A DNA stretch of 44,512 bases from an archaeon (GTDB lineage Archaea; Nanobdellota; Nanobdellia; SCGC-AAA011-G17; VGLX01): assembly GCA_043808805.1 (NCBI GenBank), contig JAZDEN010000031.1:1-44512 (forward strand), read 5' to 3'. Each line of letters begins with the position of its first letter. Position 1 is the first letter of the stretch. A program made the position numbers and the translations under genes. Positions 17,878-27,291 of this stretch are shown in pieces. Below the pieces are notes generated by a model that saw only the letters and a list, made by a program, of their open reading frames with translations, was not told the origin of the DNA and searched no databases.

Positions 17878-19013
17878 TTCAACAACTCCTGAACCTTAAC
17901 CAAAACATCATCAACCCTTATAGCCTTCATGCACTCCATATCCATACTGCACTGATGCTTCATGCAAGAAGTGCAAACCTCACCATCCTTAAAAATGTAC
18001 AGGGCCTTTTCCGAATAAGGACGCCAAATCGTAGGATTACCAGCACCGAAAAGGGCAACAACAGGCCGGTCCAAAGCAGCAGCAACATGCATAAGGCCAG
18101 TGTCAACGCTGACAGCAATCTTTGCACGCTTAACCAAAGAGAAAAGCTGCTTCAAGTCAGTAACACCAGCAAGATTAACAGCATGATTATTCATCATCCC
18201 TATTATGTTGTTGTTGGGAACAAAATTCTCAATAGAACCGGCAAAAACAACCTTAGCATTATACTTAGCAATAAGCTCATCAGCAAGCTTGGCAAAGCGA
18301 TCATCAAACCACTCATGAGTCTTATGACGAGGAGCAGCCTGGATGACAACAAGGAAATCATCAGGAAGAACCTTATTCTTCTTCAAAATCTTATCGACGT
18401 ACTCATCAGACTCAGGAGTCGTGAAAACCTCAATATGCTTATCATCAGTACTTGCATCAACAAGCCTGACAACATCAAGGTTATCATCAATCTTATGCTT
18501 CAGCCTGAACGTAGGAACAGTCTTCCTGTGAAGGAAGAAACCCTTACCCTCACGAAAGCCAACCTTTGTGGAACCAACCCTGAAAGGAATCCCTGCCTTG
18601 TAAAGAAGTTTGCTGATAGTATAAGAGCCGATGTCAATGCCAGGATGGAATATGACTGCAAGGTCATATTTGCCCTTAAGAGAATGGGCAATCCTGCTGA
18701 ACTTATACCTCAAATCATCAGGAGAGAAGGAGATTATGCTATCAACATTAGGGTTGCCGGAAAGCACATCAACCATAGAGGGAAGAACCATAGCAGTGAT
18801 CTTAGCATCATGATACTTCTGCTTCAGGGCACGGATTGAAGGGGTTATAACAATAACATCACCGATGTAAAGCATCTCAACAACAAGAATGCTCTTAAAA
18901 TTCTCCGGCTTTCTCTTGAACTTGAAGGGATTGACTAACAAAAACAGACCATAATCAGCAAACCAGACGAGAGACCTCAAAAGATTTGACACTTTCTTAC
19001 CAAAACTCTCCAT
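17874..19013 (-). CDS. Glycosyltransferase family 9 (heptosyltransferase-like)
   Basis: YIGDV, VSVDTGLMHVAAAL, VALFGA, WRP, C-terminal CTSC-x4-C-x5-CM. Confidence 0.9.
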   Translation of the reverse strand: MESFGKKVSNLLRSLVWFADYGLFLLVNPFKFKRKPENFKSILVVEMLYIGDVIVITPSIRALKQKYHDAKITAMVLPSMVDVLSGNPNVDSIISFSPDDLRYKFSRIAHSLKGKYDLAVIFHPGIDIGSYTISKLLYKAGIPFRVGSTKVGFREGKGFFLHRKTVPTFRLKHKIDDNLDVVRLVDASTDDKHIEVFTTPESDEYVDKILKKNKVLPDDFLVVIQAAPRHKTHEWFDDRFAKLADELIAKYNAKVVFAGSIENFVPNNNIIGMMNNHAVNLAGVTDLKQLFSLVKRAKIAVSVDTGLMHVAAALDRPVVALFGAGNPTIWRPYSEKALYIFKDGEVCTSCMKHQCSMDMECMKAIRVDDVLVKVQELLK

Positions 19014-19066
19014 ACAAACCCCCTAAAAAGATAACCGAACTATAAAATACGCATTTAAATACCTTT

Positions 19067-19786
19067 TCAAAGGAGCTTAACGCGGGACTTCAACGACCAT
19101 TTAGTGGCCTTCAAGAAAAAAGAAGGAGCCTCCTTAGCTAGGTTAAGCTTGGACTCACCGTGAATCCTGTCCCTGAAAGTAACGGGAATCTCAGATACCC
19201 TGTAACCCTTATACTTTGTAAGAAGAATCATCTCAAAAAGAATCGAATTGGTATTATCAGTCGTCTTGATAGCATTCCATACATCACGCTTAATCCCACG
19301 GAAATTAGCAGAGAAATCATGGACGTTAACACCGCTCATAACCCTCAAGGCAACATTGCCGGAACGGCTGGTAAGCCACTTAAGGAAAATGCCAAACTTC
19401 TTCTTTTCATAACCTCCCTGAGAAGTGTGCCTCGAACCAACAACCAAGTCATGAGTCTTAAGCCTCTCAAGAAACTGAGGGATAAGATTGTGGTCAAATG
19501 AAAGGTCAGAATCCATCGAAAAGATTATGTTGCCAGAAGCGTGATTGTAACCATCACGCAAAGCAGCACCAATACCCTCCTTCTTAGGCCTTAGAACAAC
19601 CTTAACATTCCCATACTTCTTATTCAATTCATTAGCAACATCTGCAGTGCCGTCAGGGCTGCTGTCATCAACAACAACGATCTCACCAGAAAGATTATTA
19701 CTCTTCAGCAAAACCTCCAACTCGGGAATGAGAATCCCAATGTTCTCCCTCTCATTGTAAGTCGGCAAAACAATCGAAATGTCCAT
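19067..19786 (-). CDS. DPM1-like GT2 glycosyltransferase
   Basis: MDISIVLPTYNE, VVDDSSPDGT, MDSDLS, VVGSR, FRDRIHGESK. True start is ATG 19786. Confidence 0.92.
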   Translation of the reverse strand: MDISIVLPTYNERENIGILIPELEVLLKSNNLSGEIVVVDDSSPDGTADVANELNKKYGNVKVVLRPKKEGIGAALRDGYNHASGNIIFSMDSDLSFDHNLIPQFLERLKTHDLVVGSRHTSQGGYEKKKFGIFLKWLTSRSGNVALRVMSGVNVHDFSANFRGIKRDVWNAIKTTDNTNSILFEMILLTKYKGYRVSEIPVTFRDRIHGESKLNLAKEAPSFFLKATKWSLKSRVKLL

Positions 19787-19811
19787 AAAACAAAACCAAT
19801 AAAGGAATAAG

Positions 19812-19820
19812 TTTATATAT
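19812..19820. promoter_or_regulatory. TATA element probably shared by the divergent GT2 and GT4 genes
   Basis: TTTATATAT lies centrally in a 56-nt gap, 23 nt from ATG 19843 (+) and 26 nt from ATG 19786 (-). Confidence 0.55.
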
Positions 19821-19842
19821 TTTTGTGAAGACAAGAACAACC

Positions 19843-21072
19843 ATGAGGGTGCTACAGGTAAACCAGACATACGAAAGGCATAGTGGGGCTGAGACAGTAT
19901 TATATGATACCATAAAAACACTGCAGAAAGAACATGAAGTGTATTTATTCGCTGTCGGAAAGGAAGAGATAAAAGAAGAAAAGAAAAGAGTTGTAAGAGA
20001 ATCAAACTTCATCGTCAATTACCTGAGAAAATTCTTCTTCAGCTGGAAAATAAACAAGGCATTGAAAGAATACATAAAAGAAGTGAAGCCTGATGTAATA
20101 CATTTGCACAACCACTACAAATACTCAACAAGCATACTCAAAGCATTCGACGAAAACACACCAGTAGTACAGACAATACACGACTACGGATTGATATGCC
20201 CAACATCCTGGGCAGTGACAAAAAAGAAGCTTGAGGTGTGCCCATGCGTAGATGGGATAGCACCAAAATGCCTGAAATGCATAAAACCATGGCACTACGG
20301 CCTCACATATTACCGCAACAAAAAAAGAATACAGCTGACAGGAGAAAAAATAACATTCCTCATAGCACCGAGCAAGAAACTGAGGGAATACCTCGAATGT
20401 TTTGGTTTCACAACAACATACCTACCCCATTTCATAGACCTAAACTTCTGGAAACAGTCAAAACAGAAAAGAGAAGAAGGACTAATACTCTACGTAGGAG
20501 CTATAACACCGAACAAGGGAGTCAACTACCTAATAGAAGCGATGCCAGAAATACAAAAAGAAATCAAAGAAGCAAAACTAAGGGTTATAGGAGAGGGAAG
20601 CGAGAGAGAAAGATTACAGAAAAGGGCAAAAGAACTGGGAATAAACGCAGAGTTCACAGGAAAACTAAAACCAGAACAGGTAAGGGAACAATACAACAAA
20701 GCACAAGTCCTAGTAATGCCAAGCATATGGATGGAACAATTCGGAATGGTGGGAATAGAGGCAATGGCAACAGGACTGCCAGTAGTCGGAAGCAACATAG
20801 GAGGAATACCAGACTGGCTAAGCGACGGAGAAACAGGATACTTAGTCAAACCAAAAGACAGCAAAGACATAGCAGAAAAAACCACAAAAATACTCAAAGA
20901 CAAAAACAAATGGGAAGAGATGTCAAAAAACGCTGCAAAAAGAGCTCAGAGATACAACGAAGAAGACTTCAAGGCAGACCTAGAGAACATATACAAGGAA
21001 GCAATAAATCAATCACGCAAAAAAAGAACAAGAACACAACCAGTAAGCGTGATAAGAGTAACGATAAGATAA
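19843..21072 (+). CDS. Glycosyltransferase family 4 with Cys-rich insert
   Basis: MRVLQVN, TIHDYGLICP, YVGAITPNKG, EQFGMVGIEAMATG, SNIGGIPD. Confidence 0.93.
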   Translation: MRVLQVNQTYERHSGAETVLYDTIKTLQKEHEVYLFAVGKEEIKEEKKRVVRESNFIVNYLRKFFFSWKINKALKEYIKEVKPDVIHLHNHYKYSTSILKAFDENTPVVQTIHDYGLICPTSWAVTKKKLEVCPCVDGIAPKCLKCIKPWHYGLTYYRNKKRIQLTGEKITFLIAPSKKLREYLECFGFTTTYLPHFIDLNFWKQSKQKREEGLILYVGAITPNKGVNYLIEAMPEIQKEIKEAKLRVIGEGSERERLQKRAKELGINAEFTGKLKPEQVREQYNKAQVLVMPSIWMEQFGMVGIEAMATGLPVVGSNIGGIPDWLSDGETGYLVKPKDSKDIAEKTTKILKDKNKWEEMSKNAAKRAQRYNEEDFKADLENIYKEAINQSRKKRTRTQPVSVIRVTIR

Positions 21073-23069
21073 AGAGGCCTGAAAGGCTGATACGAAAGTA
21101 GGATATCATGCCTTCCCGGAGCGAGTTCTAAAACCATAAGATTGTCTGGACTAACTGCAATATCAATCTCCTGATTGTCAACAAAAGCACGCCAGTAAGG
21201 ATGATAAGTAACCTTGACCAAAACCCTCTTCGTAGACGTGGAATTATAACTGAAAAGCACGAGATTATCATCAAAAGATACCATCCTGTAATCAAAATCA
21301 TCATCATAAGACAACCACTCAGACGTATAGTTGCTAATGGAAAAAACAGAAAAACGGTCGTTGGAAAATTCTCCCTTGAATATTGCTGACTTGTACATCT
21401 TGTCTTTCAGCTCATCATTGACCGCGACCAAATACTTGGAATTAACCAGCATCATGTCATGGGCAATGGAACCATCAGTTGTTGAATCGATATTTTTGCC
21501 AAAAATATTACCATCAGACGTAAACGCAAGCTTATCGGTAGGGTAGGAAGAGGACGGATACCAGCCACCGACAGAATAAACACCGGTGTAATGGAATAAC
21601 ATGCTGGGAAGATGGCTCGAACCAATCAACCTATCATCAACATTGCCGTAAAAATCCTGGTAAACAATCCTAGTGCTCGACTCATCAACATTTGCATTAA
21701 TCCAATCAGCAAGGGAAAAGAAATCATCATGGATGATAGGATCTTCAATAGTTATGGTCTCAGGCCTGTCAGGAAGATAAGTAGTTATGTTAACAACAAT
21801 AAACAAAAGAATCAACGAAAGAACCAAGAACTTCCTTTTCAAGATGCCGTGCAGGAACTCAAGACGTGAAGGATAATAATCGTCAAAGATGTTGGACAAC
21901 GCATAAACACCAAAAACCAGCAGCGAAAGGTTGGCATATACCAAAAAACGATAAGACTGGAAATTGCTGAAAATAGGAATGTCCCTCAGGCTAGGAACAA
22001 GAAACCAGAAACCACTACCAAGAACAATGTTAACCAACAAGAAAACAAAAAGAGATGTCAAGAACAAAGTAGTAGAATCCCTGTTCCTCCAGACCTCAAA
22101 AAGATAAAACAAACCCAACACACCAAGAACAAAAATAACAATCTGAGGGATAGAAGCAACAAAATAAGACCCTAACAAACTGAAGAAAAGAGGAGGGTCA
22201 GAGAAAAAAGACGCAAAAAGATGAGAGGTCACAACACCCTTAGGGACCGCAAACACAAAAGGAAGCAGGACCTTGTAAGGAAGGGCAAGCGCGTTATAAG
22301 TGGGAGGCCAACCGATATTAGTGTCAAGCCAGCCAGGCATGTCAAAGACAGGAAAAATGTAGAAAGCACACAACAAAACACCAATCACAAGACCAAAAAC
22401 ACCAAGAAACAACCTCTGCACAGAAAAAGACTTCCTAAGCCAGAAAACAAGGAAATAAATCGAGAAGAAAACACCACCAGCAAAGGCAGCAAAGGGATGG
22501 GTGAGAATCAAAAGAGCAAATAGAATAGCAAGCTTAACACAATTAATAATCGAAGGCTTCATAAAAAACCTGTGGACCAGATAAACAAAGATAACAAAGA
22601 AACCCAGGGCAAGAAGCGAATTCCACTGCCCAGTCAAGGCGGTAACAACAACATCCCGCCTGATAAGAAGGAATAAGAAAGCTGGAATGAAAGCAGCAAG
22701 AGTTTTATTAAAAAGCTTCCTCGCAACAAAGAATATCGCAAGAGCAGGGAAAAGATAGGCAATGAAAAGAGCGATCTTGTAAGCAAGCTCAACAGGAATC
22801 AAAAAAGCCATGTTGAGAATGGCAATAATCCACAAACCAGTCTGATAACGGGGGAAAAGCTGCAAAGGGTAGCCAACATAAGAATCCATAGACCAACCAG
22901 AAACCCAACCAGTAGACCTAACATTATCAACAAAAGCATAAGACTCAGCAAGATGAATTGGATTATCTAAAGAAACAAGAAAACCAGGCCTGAAGATAGG
23001 GTAAAACATCAGAATGGCAAGTAAGAAAATCATGCAACAAGCAAACAAATCCTTCAACCTAAAAGACAT
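21009..23069 (-). CDS. YfhO / PTPS-related family polytopic membrane protein (putative GT-C glycosyltransferase)
   Basis: DNPIH after TM1, 'GWSMDSYVGYPL', LTHP, YRFL, C-terminal 'YHPYWRAFVD...PGRHDILLSY' followed by a terminal TM helix. Confidence 0.78.
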   Translation of the reverse strand: MSFRLKDLFACCMIFLLAILMFYPIFRPGFLVSLDNPIHLAESYAFVDNVRSTGWVSGWSMDSYVGYPLQLFPRYQTGLWIIAILNMAFLIPVELAYKIALFIAYLFPALAIFFVARKLFNKTLAAFIPAFLFLLIRRDVVVTALTGQWNSLLALGFFVIFVYLVHRFFMKPSIINCVKLAILFALLILTHPFAAFAGGVFFSIYFLVFWLRKSFSVQRLFLGVFGLVIGVLLCAFYIFPVFDMPGWLDTNIGWPPTYNALALPYKVLLPFVFAVPKGVVTSHLFASFFSDPPLFFSLLGSYFVASIPQIVIFVLGVLGLFYLFEVWRNRDSTTLFLTSLFVFLLVNIVLGSGFWFLVPSLRDIPIFSNFQSYRFLVYANLSLLVFGVYALSNIFDDYYPSRLEFLHGILKRKFLVLSLILLFIVVNITTYLPDRPETITIEDPIIHDDFFSLADWINANVDESSTRIVYQDFYGNVDDRLIGSSHLPSMLFHYTGVYSVGGWYPSSSYPTDKLAFTSDGNIFGKNIDSTTDGSIAHDMMLVNSKYLVAVNDELKDKMYKSAIFKGEFSNDRFSVFSISNYTSEWLSYDDDFDYRMVSFDDNLVLFSYNSTSTKRVLVKVTYHPYWRAFVDNQEIDIAVSPDNLMVLELAPGRHDILLSYQPFRPLYLIVTLITLTGCVLVLFLRD

Positions 23070-23172
23070 GCTAAACCCAGAATAACCTCAATGTTCCGAT
23101 ATATAAACCTTAGCTAAAAACAGCAAAACATCACCAAAAAACTTAAATAACAAACAGGGTTAAGAGGTCAAA

Positions 23173-24678
23173 ATGAAAAAAGTAGTTCTATACAACCCAG
23201 ACCCGAAGATAGGAGAGGGAAAAATAGACATATCACTAGCAGTCCTGAGCGTAGCAGCCATGCCGGACAAAAACGGCTATGATGTAAAAGTAATAAACCA
23301 CTCAGACAAGGACCACATGGAAAAAATAAGGGAACACTGCAAGGACGCGATGTGCCTCGGAATAACGATGATGACAGGCAACCAGATAAAAGGGGCGCTG
23401 GAAGCAGCTAAGATAGCAAAGAGCATGAACGTCAAGGTCATAGTGGGAGGATGGCACCCATCAATAATGCCAGAACAAACACTGAAGAACGAATACATAG
23501 ACATCGCAGTCAGGGGACAGGGACAGAGAGCATTCCACGAAATACTAGAAGCACTAAGCAACAAAAAAACACTAAAAAACATCATAGGCATAAGCTACAA
23601 GGAAAATGGGAAGATAATACACAACCCAGAAAGAACACTCGAAGACCTGAACAACTTCCCACCACCCCCATACCATTTGATAGAAAAAGAAAAAGTAACA
23701 AGGAACGTCGTAGAGATAGCAAACAGGACAGTCGATTATTTCACAACACAAGGATGCCCACACAGATGCGGATTCTGCGCAGACCCGATAGTATACAAGA
23801 GAAGATGGTCAGCACTCAAACCGGAAAGGGTGATAGAAGACCTAAAGAGGATAGTAAAAGAATACAATGCAAACGGAATAATATTAACTGACACAAACTT
23901 CTTCGTAGACCAGAAAAGGGTCAAAGAGATATGCAGGGGAATAATAAAAGAGGGAATAAAAGTAAGAATAGGAAGCGTCAACGGAAGGACAGAAGCACTA
24001 TTAAGGTATGATGAAGAGAGCATGGAACTTCTGAAGAAAAGCGGATTCGACAGCTTCCTAATAGGGGCGGAATCAGGACTGCAAGAAGATTTAGACACGA
24101 TAAAAAAAGACGCAACAGTGCAGGACACCATAGACCTGACAAAGAAATGCAAAAAATACGGGTTCAAAATCTATTTTTCTTTCTTCATAGGACTACCACC
24201 AGAACCTGAAAAGCTGGAAGAATACCCAAGAAAGCTAAAAAGAGAGATGAAAGCACTAGTAGAATTGATAGACAAGATACTCAAAATAGAAAAAGAACAC
24301 GTGTTCTACCTACTCATATACACACCATACCCGGGATCACCCCTGTATGAAGTAACAAAAAAGATAGGATTCAAGGAACCTGAAAGGCTGGAAGACTGGA
24401 TAAACTTCGAGCACGACACATCAAACACACCATGGATACCAGAGAAACACGTCAAGTTCATAGACCAACTAAACGTCCTTTATTTACCATTCCTAACAGA
24501 AAACGTGTACAAAAAACTCAACAACTATGGAGTTGTAGGAAAAATATCAAGACCATTCGTAAGGATACTACACAAAATCGTGAAATACAGATGGGAAAGG
24601 AGAAAATTCGGCACACCCATAGAATACTACACACTGAAAGGGATTAAAAGAATCGTGAGGGTATTCCACAAAAGATGA
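23173..24678 (+). CDS. Cobalamin-binding radical SAM protein (3 of 7)
   Basis: GGWHPS, RGQGQ (GEGE variant), TQGCPHRCGFC, GAESG, TPYPGSPL. Confidence 0.93.
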   Translation: MKKVVLYNPDPKIGEGKIDISLAVLSVAAMPDKNGYDVKVINHSDKDHMEKIREHCKDAMCLGITMMTGNQIKGALEAAKIAKSMNVKVIVGGWHPSIMPEQTLKNEYIDIAVRGQGQRAFHEILEALSNKKTLKNIIGISYKENGKIIHNPERTLEDLNNFPPPPYHLIEKEKVTRNVVEIANRTVDYFTTQGCPHRCGFCADPIVYKRRWSALKPERVIEDLKRIVKEYNANGIILTDTNFFVDQKRVKEICRGIIKEGIKVRIGSVNGRTEALLRYDEESMELLKKSGFDSFLIGAESGLQEDLDTIKKDATVQDTIDLTKKCKKYGFKIYFSFFIGLPPEPEKLEEYPRKLKREMKALVELIDKILKIEKEHVFYLLIYTPYPGSPLYEVTKKIGFKEPERLEDWINFEHDTSNTPWIPEKHVKFIDQLNVLYLPFLTENVYKKLNNYGVVGKISRPFVRILHKIVKYRWERRKFGTPIEYYTLKGIKRIVRVFHKR

Positions 24679-25781
24679 AAAACACACTATTCATAACAAA
24701 CGGAAGCACAAACCACAAAGTCCTGGAACTGTGTGCATCATTCTCAGACAAACTAATAATACTAGGCAATAGGAAATACGAGCAACAATTCAAGGACGAA
24801 CTAGTCCAGATAAGCAAACACAGGGAAAAGATGAAGATATACTACGCAAGATCAAGCCTCAACCTGTTCGGAAAAGCAAGGCAGCTAGTGAATAAAGAGG
24901 GAATAAACCTCGTGGTATCACACTGCCCGATATCAAGCAATGTGGCAGTGTACGCAAAAATGTTCAAGAAAAACAAAACAATATTCATAATGTGCCAAGA
25001 CTTCATAGAATACAACGAGGAAAGCGTGCAAAACATCCTATCAAAAAAAGCCAAGACAGCAATGCTCAAAATACTTTTAAACATATCATGCAGGATGACA
25101 GACGTAGTTGCATTAAGCAGCCACGTGAAGAAAAGCGCAGAGAAATACGGGGCAAAAAAAGTAACCCTGATACCAATATACGGGGTTGACACGAACGAGT
25201 TCAAAAAGAAAAAGAACAATTTGAGAAAGAAATACAAACTTGACAACAAGAAGATAATACTCACAGCATCAAGACTATCACCTGAAAAAGGAGTGGACGG
25301 GATGATAAAGGCAATGGCAGAGATAAAGAAAAGCATACCCTCAGCGAAACTTATGATAACAGCAAAGGGACCATACAAACCATTCCTAGAAGGATTAACA
25401 AAAAAACTCAACCTGCAAAACGACGTCATGTTCATCGGAGAGCTGCCAAGAAAGATGATGCCAGAATACTACAACATGGCCAATGTATTCGTGATGCCAA
25501 GCTTCAAGGAAGGATTAGGATTCTCAGCAGCAGAGGCGATGGCATGCGAAACGCCAGTCGTAGCAAGCAACGTCGGAGGGATAAAGGACATAGTGCTGCA
25601 TGAAAAGACAGGGCTCATGGTAGAGCCAAGAGACGTCAAAGGACTTGCAGATGCAGTAAAGAAAGTACTGAAAGACAAAAACCTAACCAGCAAAATAACA
25701 AAAGACGGAAGAAAGCACGTGATACAAAACTTCGAAGAGGAAGTAGTGAACAGAAGATTCATCCAATTAGCAACTACCTGA
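24675..25781 (+). CDS. Glycosyltransferase family 4
   Basis: SRLSPEKG, EGLGFSAAEAMACETPVVASNVGGI. ATGA overlap with the upstream radical SAM gene. Confidence 0.93.
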   Translation: MKNTLFITNGSTNHKVLELCASFSDKLIILGNRKYEQQFKDELVQISKHREKMKIYYARSSLNLFGKARQLVNKEGINLVVSHCPISSNVAVYAKMFKKNKTIFIMCQDFIEYNEESVQNILSKKAKTAMLKILLNISCRMTDVVALSSHVKKSAEKYGAKKVTLIPIYGVDTNEFKKKKNNLRKKYKLDNKKIILTASRLSPEKGVDGMIKAMAEIKKSIPSAKLMITAKGPYKPFLEGLTKKLNLQNDVMFIGELPRKMMPEYYNMANVFVMPSFKEGLGFSAAEAMACETPVVASNVGGIKDIVLHEKTGLMVEPRDVKGLADAVKKVLKDKNLTSKITKDGRKHVIQNFEEEVVNRRFIQLATT

Positions 25782-27291
25782 TATTTCTAGCAACAGAACT
25801 CAACTTACCCCTAATAGACCTCATTATCATAATATCCTCAGTGTCAAAAGCCCTGAAAAGGAAAAGAAGACCGAGATAAACAACACCAAAAAGAACAACA
25901 GCAAAAACAAGCAGGTAAACACTATAAGAAGCCAGAGACATAACCAAAAACGCAACACCAAGAGAGATAGCAGCAGCAAAAACAGCCTTCAAATAATCAA
26001 AGTTGAAAGGAACAATCCTAGAGAAACCATAACCCCCAGCAATGAAGAACAATGCAAGAACTATGTAAGACACAGCAGAAGCAACAGCAGCACCCACAAT
26101 ACCATAAACCGGGACCAAGAACAGGTTAAGCACCGCATTGATAACCAATACTGAAATGTAAGCAAGAAGAACAAACTTAGTCCTCTTCAAAACCATAAGC
26201 ATCCTCTCAGACGTCATGGCAACAGAGTTCACAAAGAACCCCAGAGAGAGAACAATTAAAGGGATGGATGCGGAAACATACTCAGCACCGAAAAGAATGC
26301 TGAAAATCTGCCTGGAAAACAAACCAAACAGAACCAGAAGAGGAAGGTTGACAAGGAAAATCCACTTAGTCACACTAGAATAAACAGACCTGAAAGCCTT
26401 CCTATCACCCTTAGAGAAAAGCTCAGACAGAACAGGAAGGAAAAGTATCAGGATGATAGAGGGAATAGTATAAAGAATCTGGGCAGTGGGCATGGCAGCA
26501 TTATACAAGCCAACATCAGAGGCTGTCATGAAATAACCAATGATCCAACTGTCAACAGAACTTATCAGGATAATGCACAAACCGCTCAACACAAGAGGCA
26601 CGGAATAAACAAGCAACTCCCTGTTAACATACTCAACACCATCACGAGCAAACGAGAAATACCTCTTCAGGTAATACCAAGAGAGTAGAACAGAACCAAG
26701 GACAGAAGCAACATAAACAAAGGCTATGCCAAAAATCCCATAACCAAAATAGACAGCGAGAAAAGTAAGGGCAAGCTTGAAAGCACCATCAAAAATGTTC
26801 TTGGTGTAAATCTCATACTTCAAAAACCTGAAAGCCTCAAAAGAGGCGTACTGAATGAACAGGACAGCAGTAAGTGGAAGGGAAAACGCAATCACCTTCA
26901 AAACACTGGAAAAAACATCAGGGTCAACGTGCGGAAAAAAAGTCCTGGAGATAAAACCAGAGAATATGAAAAGCAGGAAACCAATAACAAGACCAGCAAC
27001 AAACGAAGTCTTAATCGAATAGGAAATTATGCCAGCAACCTTCTTGTTCTCACCCTTGCTGCTGTAAAAAGGAACAAACCTCAGAACACCATTATTAAGG
27101 CCGAGAGTAGCGATAACAGCAAGAACGCTGACAAGGGAAAGAGACAAAGTTACTAGACCGTAAGTCTCAGTGCCTAACCTAGCAGCGATAAGCCTGAAAA
27201 AATAATTAAAAAACTTGGAAAAAAGCATGCCGATGAAGAATATGCCAGCACCCTTCACAACGGTCTTCAGGGGAACATCGGCAGAATCCAT
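25774..27291 (-). CDS. Oligosaccharide flippase (Wzx/RfbX, MOP superfamily)
   Basis: About 14 TM segments, 'ARLGTETYG', 'VDSWIIGYF..ASDVGLYNAA', 'LVPVYGIVGAAVAS'. ATG 27291 in a TGATG overlap. Confidence 0.9.
   Translation of the reverse strand: MDSADVPLKTVVKGAGIFFIGMLFSKFFNYFFRLIAARLGTETYGLVTLSLSLVSVLAVIATLGLNNGVLRFVPFYSSKGENKKVAGIISYSIKTSFVAGLVIGFLLFIFSGFISRTFFPHVDPDVFSSVLKVIAFSLPLTAVLFIQYASFEAFRFLKYEIYTKNIFDGAFKLALTFLAVYFGYGIFGIAFVYVASVLGSVLLSWYYLKRYFSFARDGVEYVNRELLVYSVPLVLSGLCIILISSVDSWIIGYFMTASDVGLYNAAMPTAQILYTIPSIILILFLPVLSELFSKGDRKAFRSVYSSVTKWIFLVNLPLLVLFGLFSRQIFSILFGAEYVSASIPLIVLSLGFFVNSVAMTSERMLMVLKRTKFVLLAYISVLVINAVLNLFLVPVYGIVGAAVASAVSYIVLALFFIAGGYGFSRIVPFNFDYLKAVFAAAISLGVAFLVMSLASYSVYLLVFAVVLFGVVYLGLLFLFRAFDTEDIMIMRSIRGKLSSVARNIR

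Noticed and set aside
17955-18839. Long + strand ORFs antisense to real genes (294 aa here; also 2981..3730, 8763..9422, 9818..10411, 10724..11428, 16483..17115, 42108..42725)
   Set aside because: They lie wholly opposite motif-bearing genes and have no recognisable domains. The T-poor + strand makes stop codons rare, which explains their length.
19787-20005. 73-aa N-terminal extension of the GT2 in the ORF track
   Set aside because: It runs antisense into the GT4. The GT2 domain begins at MDISIVLPTYNE (19786) with a TATA at the right spacing.
20238-21101. 287-aa alternative-frame ORF rich in Arg/Lys/Thr (also 12902..13363 and 23451..23891)
   Set aside because: Same-strand shifted frame of an A-rich gene, with low-complexity composition expected from the skew.
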